A DNA stretch of 63,048 bases, filler included, from Bipalium vagum (lineage: Eukaryota): the NCBI GenBank assembly GCA_037834085.1. It is 3 parts of 3 records of this genome, joined end to end, with 100 filler letters (N's around TTAATTAATTAA, not from the genome) between each part and the next. Parts side by side here need not be neighbours in the genome. Positions count along the whole stretch, not along the records: positions 1 to 27,651 come from JBBMKC010083877.1; 2 more parts are not named here. The stretch is one strand, 5' to 3'. The notes beneath the pieces are model-generated. The model was not told where the DNA came from. It worked only from the letters and a program-made list of their open reading frames with translations, and made no database searches. Made by a program: the position numbers and the translations under genes. Below, in pieces: positions 12,854 to 23,003 of this stretch. How positions within the stretch are numbered: position 1 is the stretch's first letter; the number at the start of each line of letters is the position of its first letter.

Positions 12854-13304
12854 ATGAACCCTACGGAAAGTTTGGCAGATCATCATATCATGAGCATTAC
12901 CACAACTAAAGATGCAAAAACTAACACAACACACTTAGTCAGTGTAACGTTGATGCGTTATCCACCAAATGCTTATCAATTCAATTATCACTCCAAGAAA
13001 GAGAATTTTAAAAATCAATACTCCTCAAGTAGGACTGAATTTCAAAGATATTCTAAATCAAAATGATGAAATTCAATGTAAAAAAGAATTAAGGGAATTA
13101 TTAAGAGGAAAGGTCTTAATTGGATATATAGTTAACACTATGCTGCGGCAATTCAAGGTAATACCCGATTATTTCTTGAAGAGCGAAAAAGAAGCCCGTA
13201 TAGTAAGGGAAATATATAAAGCCGTATACGATAAGTGGAACCACAATTTCAAGAAGAAAATATCAAATGACAACAATGGAAAATCAAATCCCAACCACAC
13301 TTAA
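12854..13304 (+). pseudogene. Frameshifted ORF with a REX4/RNase T-like (DEDDh) exonuclease-fold pattern, catalytic acids apparently absent
   Basis: Joining two overlapping ORFs gives HLVSVTLMRY..MLINSIITPRKRILKINTPQVGLNFKDIL...KELRELLRGKVLIGY. This parallels the REX4 pattern LARVSIV..VYDEFVKPREKV..RT.VSGI....ADILEGRILVGH. By-eye similarity only. Confidence 0.4.
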
Positions 13305-14049
13305 AGAAGAATTTCAAATTGTAGCTGTGGTCTATAAGGAAAAATTTAACAAATATTTTATGGCCACAATACCTCGAGCCGAGAAGTCTTCAAAAGAGGG
13401 GAAAATGATGAAATCCAGCCAAAGCCTAACAAGACTTAACACCAATCTTACGAATACCAATGAAAATGTTTTTGTGCTTTAGTCGATTGCTATGAATTGA
13501 AAATGTTTCGAAATTAGGAAAAGAAAATTTAAAAATCGAAAAATTTAAGTTTCAAGAGAAAAATTATGAATCATTTTTTGCAATTTTAAAGAAATTATGA
13601 AATAACTTACTGTCAATCTGATCGGTATCAGGAATATCTATTTCCAGTTTATAAATATTAAGAATTAATTTATCAGTAAATGAAAGTTTAGACAGGTTTG
13701 GATTGTAAATGAGCACTACTAACAAATAAAGATCTTTTGAATTTTCAAATGTTCCTAGAGGAACACAATCTAAAAATCGAGATACTATTGCTTCAAAGTA
13801 ACTGTAAGTGGTTTTCGAAAAATAATTAAAATTTGTGATTTTTTTGAATTTTTAGATGTTTGTAATTCCTTTCATGTTATCTCTCTTTAATAAATTGATA
13901 CAGTTTCAACTTTTAAATGATTGTGTAATTCAGACGTTGAATATCCTTCAGACTGAATTATGGTAACGGTAAACCTAACCTGGTACACATTTTCAATCAG
14001 TGGATGCCACATGAAAATGACATTTTTGAAATGAATTTTTGGCTTCCAA

Positions 14050-15646
14050 AAACGGTAAAATATCTAAATTCATTTCAATTTGTTTGTCCTACATTTTGTA
14101 CCATCTTCTAATATCTATCTTTGGAGACACTGGAGTCTTTTCGGTACTCGACATTGTCTTGCTAAATGTCCGTTCTCTGATAGTTATAAAACTTCATTGC
14201 TACCTTTGCTTGATTATTACTCTTGTTTTCCATAGTTCTTGATCTGCTATTATCTCGTCGATTACCTCCAACTTTACAAATAGTCGGTTGGTTTCCTCTG
14301 ATATTTATCTCTGCTCTTCTCGCTTTTTGTAATAATTCATCCATATCTTTTTAATCAGGAAGTCCTAGTACTGTTCTCAGTTAATGCCATAATGGTATTA
14401 AAATTGATCTTCCTCAATTTTCTTTATTGTCTTTGTCCATTGACCCTTTCGTCCAAAAGCTCTCTGGGCTAAAAATTCAAATTTTTAAGCGTACTCCTAC
14501 CGATTTATCTGTCTTTTGTTTTCTTTGGTGAAACATTTATCTGTTCACTCTAATGATGTCTCTTGGTATCAACTTCTTAGTTATCCTGATGGAAAATGGA
14601 AGCGATGGGCCACACAGAGATGAAGAGGACATTGAGGGGAGCCGCGGAGTCAATTATTCACTTTAGGTAGGTTGAGCTGGATTATTGCGTATACAAAGTC
14701 AGAAGATGGAAGATTTCCCCTCTGCCATTAATGATTAACCGATGGAGGAAAACTGGAACTTTCAATCTTCCAGATTCTCCGCAGTCAGAACAAAAAATTT
14801 AAGTTAAGCTGAGAACAGGAATGAACGAATACAAAACAGTGAATCAAACGAGAAAAATTACAAAAACGTATAAAATCAAAGTGATATTATTGCGAAGTGA
14901 TTTTTTGTGATAAATAAATTGAAATTTGGAGTCAAGATAAAATTTAGTTTAGTTAACATTTATTTGAATAGTAACACTACCGTATTAACACTACTGGATT
15001 GAATCAAAATAGCATTAAAAAAACGTTATCTTGGTTCGCATCCAGTTAATCAAAACAATCATAGAAAACTTTATTACAATTATCAGAATTTACAATAACA
15101 AAATCAATAATTACAGGGATCTCAATAAATGTTTAAAATACACTAAAAATACTCATGCAAATCACTTAAATATCAATCGAATAATATATAAACAAAGTGC
15201 TAGTTTACTAAATCAAAATCTAAGATAACAAAAGAAAATAATAAAATACCCTTCTCACCTTGGGTGACAATGGGTTTCCGGGTTGTCCTCTAGATCCTGT
15301 AGGGATTCCTAAACTCGATTGACACTACTGTGAAATCCGGATGCAAATTGATCATTTTAACAATGTTTACCAGTCAAAATATAATCTTCAGAATCTTTCT
15401 TATCAAAAATAAAAATAACATTTTCTTCATCAAAAATAAATAATAATAATCTTTCAAACAAATCTTTTTGCAATATTTTTTACGAAATTCTGATTAGAAT
15501 CTTCGCTTTATATATAGTTGTAGAGATTGGTCTCCGACTACCAATCTCTACGTTTAGAAGCCTATTTTCTATTAATCAAAATTTATATCTAAACAGCAAG
15601 ATAAAATTACTTTTATTATAACATATAATAAATTAGTATCCCGACA
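14050..15646 (-). mobile_element. Gypsy-like LTR retrotransposon 5' remnant (LTR plus gag zinc knuckle)
   Basis: Minus strand starts TGTCGGGATAC at 15646 and has a TATA-like TATATAAAG near 15510. A frameshifted CCHC-knuckle-like (MKFYNYQR/NGHLARQCRVPKR) lies near 14150-14200. Confidence 0.5.
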
Positions 15647-15668
15647 GCAGGACAATTATTTTTATTAT

Positions 15669-16876
15669 TGTTGGGTTTACCCAAGACACCCCCTGGGAAA
15701 GATAACCAAGAAAAATTATAAAAAATGTATAGATGATAAGAATAATAATATTAATAATTAAAATTAATTAATACTTGAGAAGCAATTTAAAAATTCCTAG
15801 AAATTTTTATTTTGGAAATACTTAGGAAATAAAACAACCCTCCAAAAATAATTTTTATTTTTAAAGAAGTCTAAAAGAGGTATTTTATAAATATTAATGA
15901 TCATCATAAAATAATTTTTAGGGAATTTTAGAATTTTAAAAACTTTTTTAGGATTTTAAGTACGATTTTGAGAATATTTCCCAGACGAAGATCAGTTCTA
16001 AACAGTATATAAGCAGAGGGATTCTAGCATATTTTCACCCCTCAGAAATCGTGCTAAGCAGAAAAAGGTTTACAGAGAATTTATAAGAGAAGAAGAATTG
16101 ATACTATTCCACGGAGAAGATTTGATACTTCACGGACCTATTGGAAAAATATCGATAGAGCATTGAAATACTATTGTACAAAAGGAGATCAGTCCGGAAT
16201 TACGAAGACAGAACCAGTACCCAAAAGATACTTTCTTCAAACCAAGTATTATTATGAATTCAGTAATTGAAATATGCTTAAAATTCTCCACCAACGGGTT
16301 ATCGGTGAGCAACCGTCAGGGCTCAGACGATAACTCGGGAGTTTTAGTGAAAAATAAACAGTAAGATTTTTCCTTTTCTTTTTGGTTTATATTATTTTAA
16401 GTAAACATTAATATTGATTAATATAGTGTAATTTGTTTTAATTAGATTTTGAGTTTAACATTATATTTTAATTACTGTTGGATATTAAAGGTACTTATTA
16501 TTTTATTAATTCATTTGATTTTATTGTTGTTCGATTATATTATATTTTGAAGAGTGGCTTGATTGTGAAACATTTTAGACATTGATTGTGACCCCAGACT
16601 CTTGATTATCCTTCTGTATTTTTGTGATTGTGTTATAAATACAATTGTTGCTTTACTTATTTTTTTATTATTGGCACCAACTAAGAGTTGGAGTCAGGTA
16701 TAAATTTCATACACTAAATAATGAATATTATTATTTCGGCAGCGAGATAATATTATAATAAAACCCTCAAGTTTTCCTTAAAAGTATTATTTAAATTAGA
16801 ACTTAATTATATAATTATAATTATTAACTCATGGTAATCTCGAAGTCTAGGGTTCGTGCCTTTGGCGAACTCAACT
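15669..16876 (+). mobile_element. Probable solo LTR
   Basis: Begins TGTTGGGTTT and ends GAACTCAACT (imperfect inverted termini). Internal TATATAAG at 16006, ATTAT-like flanks on both sides, no coding capacity. Confidence 0.45.
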
Positions 16877-17550
16877 GAATTATACATAACTTATATAGTA
16901 GATAAAAATAACTTGAACATTTTAAAATTTCGAGCCTATTTTATTTGATTTATTAATTAACATTTTTTAAAAACCAATTATTCGCAAATTATCAAATTTG
17001 CGCTTACAAAACTCTAATTATACCAGCTGTTACATATAGAATATTTTAACTACAAATTCTCTTCCAAAGTTGCAACTATCTTTCGAATTCATAGATCAAT
17101 CAATATTTGAATTCAATAATTATGAAAATTTTTAAAATCCATACAGCAATTTTTTTAGTGATTAAAAAAAATATGCATTCACAATCAAGGAAAATTTAAT
17201 TTTTTTATTTTTCGAAAAATATTATTTTACCTAAAATTATTACTTAATAAAACGCTTAGAGTTAAATACTTAACCGAGTCAAGAAATTAACCCAAACTTA
17301 TCGAAGACAACTTTTTAATATCTTATTTTAACTAACTATTTCTAATAAGGAATACTGATTATCTAACTCATTGTTTTAAAATGCTACGAATTCCTCTCAC
17401 TAGAAATGATGCAGTAAATAATTAATTTTAGAATAAGACATCTGATACGATTATGAAAAAACAAACATGGAAAAATCGAATTAATTTTTATATGCACTCT
17501 TAATTTATTTTTAAATAGGAAAACTTTTCGGGTGTAAATATTTTTAAAAA

Positions 17551-18192
17551 TTAATCTTTATTAAAAAAGTAAGCAAAAGCAGTATCAAACCAATAAGATA
17601 CAAAATTATCGTATATAACTCGATATCGCGAAGGAATATACCTGACCAAAAAAAATAAAACTAAATAATTAATATAATCTCACTTGAAATTAGCCATCTG
17701 CAAAGGTGTACCTAGCGCCGTTTCTATAATCCAATAAGTAAATCCATGCTTATTGAATCCCAAGTCTGATTTTTGTCTTTCTCTCTTTGTCAAGGCCGAC
17801 TCAAGCAAGAAATAAGACGAAATATATATAGGTGAGAAGCTTAAACTATCAACCACACATTTCACACAAACGGTTTTTAGTTTAACTCCTGGAATAAACC
17901 GATCCAAATATTTGTACCAGTAATGTACAGAGGGACCAAGCAGCAAAGCAATACCACTAAACCTAAAATTTCTATTCCAATCAATCTTCTCTTTATTGTT
18001 TCCTAAAAATATTAAAAAAAATCTCAGATCAAAGAAATAAAGAATAATACCTTTTTCTAACCACATTTCACACTTTTGGGCAGAAATATCAGAAACAGAT
18101 CCAGATAAACAGCAAATTACTGTATTTGTACCAAGTAAGTATTTCTCAAACATTAATGACTTAAAAGTTTTGATACGTGTAAATATATTCAT
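17551..18192 (-). CDS. Mpv17/PMP22-family membrane protein (MPV17L2-like), 3 exons
   Basis: KYLLGTNTV...DISAQ...DWNRNFRF...GPSVHYWYKYLDRFIPG...KCVVD...SP...LQMANFK|YIPSRYRVIYDNFVSYWFD. GT-AG introns at 18050-18003 and 17683-17642. Confidence 0.88.
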
Positions 18193-19874
18193 TTTGATGT
18201 ACCTCTTTGATTGTAGCAAAGATTTTACAAACTTTTAAAGAGTAACATTTTCATTCTCCCTTAATTATTACACTTTAATATTTAAACAACTTAATTAACA
18301 AGATTAATTACCAAAGTCACTTTCATTGGTTATCAATTAATAATATTAATTTACTGAAAAATAATTATAATAATGCAGATTATATTAAAATCTGGAAAAT
18401 AAATAAGTAGTAAACAGAATAAATAAAATAAGAAAAATTTAAAAATTCTATTTTTAGTCACTGTGCATTACACTTTACTAAAAGCATTTTGATAATTAAT
18501 AAAGAAATTTAACTTTTGTATAACCTTCATTATTAGAAATTTTGAACGAATTAAATCTGACAACCTCGTTATACAACTAATTTAATCTCTAAACACTGAC
18601 AAATTAATTAAACCAAAGGTTTATTAAATTTTAAAAATAACAATATTTTATTAATTGAATTATCTTTGATGATTCCGTCCCTAGGATCACTTTTTTTATC
18701 TAGTCTAAATAGATAATTATGTAACTTATGTAAGGAGTAATTTTAAATAATTTACGAAAATTTCGTAAAATTAAGTAAATTTAGGATAAATAGGTAAAAT
18801 TACGATAAAATCTATGTTTGATAAAATCTATGAAATAAATAATTGTAAATTTTATTAATAAAATGCAGTAATTTTAAATAACTAAAATTAACATTAATTT
18901 GTTGTTCATAAAACGAATGATATCAGTCTCTTAGAAAATCAATTTTATGGATTAAATTAATATGAATGAAAATTTAATTAACTTTATTTAACCATTTATT
19001 TAATTCACAAATATCACAAAGTAGTTATATACTGTCATCTATTTAATGCAATTGTAGTTAGTTTTAACTAAAAATTGATTAAACACTAAATTAATTGTTC
19101 CAACAGTTAATGTTTTAGATTCTCTACTATTTATTATTTAATATAATGGTTTTGAAAATTGAAACGTTTTTCTGGGGATATGTTCTTCACTATTAACATC
19201 TTCAGTATCAGTCAATAATGAATTAACACACCGTTCCTTTTCTTTACTGTATTGTTAACAATTTCCTCACTACTTGGACTGAAATCGGTTTCCAAATTAA
19301 ATCTCGTGACCTTCATCACATATTATATTAACATCAAATATTTTAGTTCTCTATATATTTGGCAAGTAGATGTTTTGAATAAGAAACGTGGATAGACTTT
19401 TAAGTCGACTTTACCATCGTCTTCATCGCTAAACAAGAATAAGTTTCATTTTTCCATCAAGTGAAACAGCTCTGAGATATTTCACCAACGATTTGAGGTT
19501 ATCTAAAAGTTCTTTGGTAGTTTTTAGATTGACAGATGTAACATATTTTCTTAACACTCTTTCCGAATACGCCAAGTTGCAACAAAATTGTTGTGATCAC
19601 ACAGCTTTTCTTTGTTTTGGTTGAGCGTGTAAATTTAGGTCTTCCATACTGTGTTTTTATATTTTCTTTTTCATTGATACTGTGATACCGATCCCTCAAA
19701 TTCTCAAATATTTCCATTTTCCCCATTGAAAACGAAAATGATTTCGTATGCTTGGACTTCTGCATAATGATAATCATAAATTGTTTCCATGAAATTATAT
19801 CTTTTTATGGTTCATTTTAAAAAGATGTTTTTGAAAGTCGATCTGTTTATGTATAATAAATAAATTGTCAGGAT

Positions 19875-22413
19875 TTCCACAATGGTAAATTTTATGATTT
19901 ATTGAATTCTGAACCATAATATTATTTGGAATATCTAATGAGTATATATTGCATTAATTTTTTTATGAAGCTATAACTTGAATTTCATCTATAAAAGTTT
20001 TCATTATAATATTGTAACTAAATTAAAAAATTATAAAAATATTAAAATTTAAGAATTAAAAAGAAATCACTAAAAATGAGAACTAAAAACTGATTTAATA
20101 TTTATTTTAAATCATAATTTTTATAAAATTTTTAAAAATTTAATTTTGTACTTAGTTACAATTGATTTAATTAACAAATTAAAAAAACCTCACTTTGGGG
20201 GTACGAGAACGGTAAAAAATCTAAAAACATAAATTCATTGATAAAATCTCTTTTGCCTTTATCAATTCTTTGACGATTTTTTATTTTTCTTTTTAATATG
20301 TTATTATAGCTTTCTACAATTTTGATTTTAGCTTTGACATTGTAATTTATTTTTGTTTTATTACATTGTACAGTTTGACCAGGGTCACCTAATATTATAG
20401 GACTGGACATCAAATATTCTTTAACCTGTGCAATTAGAAATATTCTAAGTCTAATGCAAACTAGACTATAATTAAAATTTACATTTTCTTTCTTCTAATA
20501 GTTCAATAAGCATAAAATGTTCAATATGAATTGGTGATATTATTTTATATTCATTTTTACTGTTTTCTGATATTTCAAATACATTGACACTAATATTATT
20601 TTGATTATTAAATTTCTTTATATCTTCTATTTTCATTGGAAAATTTATATCATTTAAATTTAATTCATTCATATGTGGAACATAATTTTTTACTCTATCA
20701 CGATGAGTTTTTGCAGGATGTAGATAAGCAATAACAAAATAAAAAACATTTTAAATATTGATTTTTTAATTTAACAATATATCGTTATAAATTAAATGGT
20801 AATTTATATATAAAGACCCAACTAAACTTTGATATTTAAAGATATATAGTCTAAGTGATCTTATATTAAGAAAATTTCATCCTGATCCTGATTTTTTTAT
20901 TCTATCAACTTATTTAATTGATTTAAATTTAATAAGTGTATTTCTTATTTCTTCTTTCACATTTATTTTTTCTTGTTTAGAATAATATGAAATCCTCAAT
21001 TCGGCAATTCATCTTCAATTCGAAATGTTTCGCCTTTTCTTTTGGGTAGCTTTCTGGGAATAGCCGTCTCTTATATAATCGTAGAGATTGGTCTACGATC
21101 ACCAATCCATGTGGTTTGAAAAGGCTGTCTCAATTAATAGCCCAATAATTCTAACTTTATCTTCATTTCGAGATAAAATTAGAAAATTTGGTTAAAATTC
21201 CATTCTAATTATTATGTAACTATTTAAATAATCTACCAAATTTACGACTTAATTTACATTTTGTATATATCTTTGATATAGTTAGATAGATTAGAATTTT
21301 TTCATTATAATAATTAAAAAATCCAGAATTGTCAACATCCATCAAGTGAAACTGTATGATAGAATTCTTTACAAAACTCAATTGGATGTCAATGGTCTCA
21401 ATAAACAGCTGAGATCCAAATGGTCGTTTTGAGGAAATTGAACATTTCCGTTTGTTGGCATCTCTGAACATAAATCCACAGCACCTGCTGAATAAATTGA
21501 TAAGGTGTATCGCTACTCATAAAGAAAAAAGACCACCAGAAGTGTTTAACAGTGAAACACTAGATTTGCTCAAAGACTGTCGGCATGGATAAATTTGTTC
21601 AGGATACCAGAGATTTTAGTTGTTGACGAGCCATTATCAGATGTTTTTGAATTTTCCAATCATCATCAACTGACCGTAACAACGATTCTGTTGTGCACTC
21701 GAGAATGTCATAAGCATGTTCTTTTTGTTTACAAGTTTAAAAAGCGACCGATGTTAAATTGAACAGAGTCGAACAAAGGTTGATTTCTCCACTTTGATCG
21801 GGATATTTTTGAGTGGGTGAAAGACATCTTAATTGTAATATTCCGCAGACATAAAGACAGTAATTTTAAATGATAAAGAATGATGGTTCTATTTAGATTT
21901 TAAAAAGTACTCCAAACGCTATACACGATTCAACGACTGCATTCACCAATGCTTCTCTACATCGGTCTGCAAACGATTATAGGCTGATTTGGAGAGAAAT
22001 CCTGCAACAACCTGATGATCGGCCATGCTGAAAACATCACTGATTTCAGATAAGACTGGAACTAAAAGGGTATAAACACGAATGCAAGATGTATATAACA
22101 AAGCTGATTGAGGCAACCCACAATTGCTGAACACTAAATTATTGGAAATTTAAATCGAATTGTTTTTCCAGTAAATCTATCATAAATAAGCAGTTAAAAT
22201 TGCCACAATGGTAAATTTTTACATTCCTGTCTGAATGGTTTATCGAATTCTGAATCATAATACTATTTGGAATATATAATGAGCATATATTGCAGATGTT
22301 TTTATTTGCAGAGGCTAAAACTTGAATTTCATCTATAAAAGTTTTAATTATAATATTGTAACTAAATTAAAAAATTATAAAGATATTAAAATTTAAGTAT
22401 AAAAAGAAATCAC
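19875..22413 (-). repeat. Two copies (~19875-20070 and ~22201-22413) of a ~200-bp repeat, each the 5' part of a decayed hAT-like element extending leftwards (to ~19300 and ~21230)
   Basis: Both copies share CCACAATGGTAAATTTT...ACTTGAATTTCATCTATAAAAGTTTT.ATTATAATATTGTAACTAAATTAAAAAATTATAA...AAAAAGAAATCAC. The hAT assignment rests on weak BED-like (KTSAIYAH) and RW.S-like fragments. Confidence 0.6.
20170..20960 (-). pseudogene. Second, truncated Polinton pPolB N-terminal fragment
   Basis: SGSG*..LVGS.Y..LP...KCF...AYLHPAKTHRDRVKNYVPHMNELNLNDINFPMKIEDIKKFNNQNNISVNVF is the typical Polinton pPolB N-terminal region. Confidence 0.8.
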
Positions 22414-22726
22414 TAGGGCCCCAAAAAAAAATGACCTCAAGATAATAAATATTAACCTAATATTTTGATCCATAAAATGACGGAAATTGACCTACAAAAA
22501 CTATTAAAATTGACTTTATTTATCAAGTATTTTTCAATTTTACATGGATCCTTATAAAAGTTAATCTTATTAAGATAATCCCATGTTTCAGTAATCGAGC
22601 AATGTCTATCTTCAAACTTTTGAATTAATAAAGATATTGAACTGTAGCATTCCTGAATCTCAATTAATGAATACATTAATTTCTTGCATTTTAGTGCCAT
22701 TGCTGCTTGCTTTACCAAAACACCAT
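22414..22726 (-). mobile_element. hAT (hAT19/CGGBP-like) 3' end fragment, inserted into the previous element and cut by the Polinton
   Basis: Starts TAGGGCCCCAAAAAAAAATGACC exactly where the 200-bp repeat similarity stops. ORF LIEIQECYSSISLLIQKFEDRHCSITETWDYLNKINFYKDPCKIEKYL resembles the C-terminal part of such transposases (from recall). Confidence 0.45.
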
Positions 22727-22859
22727 AGTAGTAGGGAAAACCATACTTTGAGGACAGGACCCAACTTTTATTTTTTTTTACTCTTTTTCGGTCGCAGAAG
22801 CTCCCTTAAAATAGAAAAAAAATATCTCCTTTCCTCGAAGTATGGCTTTCCCTACTACT
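22727..22859. repeat. Putative Polinton left terminus with internal 28-bp inverted repeat
   Basis: AGTAGTAGGGAAAACCATACTTTGAGGA (22727-22754) versus the reverse complement of 22832-22859, AGTAGTAGGGAAAGCCATACTTCGAGGA (26/28 identical). The 5'-AG(TAGT) start is typical of Polinton termini. It lies 144 nt upstream of the pPolB ATG. Confidence 0.75.
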
Positions 22860-23003
22860 TCTTTTTTTACTTTTTCAAATACTAAAAATACTAAAAAAGA
22901 AAAAAAATCAAAAAAGTAAATAAACTAAATAAAAAAAATAAAAAACAAATTACTAAAAAATTAAAAAATTTTTAACTGAAAAAATTAAATTTTTTCTTAA
23001 AAA

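Noticed and set aside
22727-22859. Independent 133-bp MITE
   Set aside because: No target-site duplication on its flanks, and it abuts pPolB, so it is treated as part of the Polinton end.
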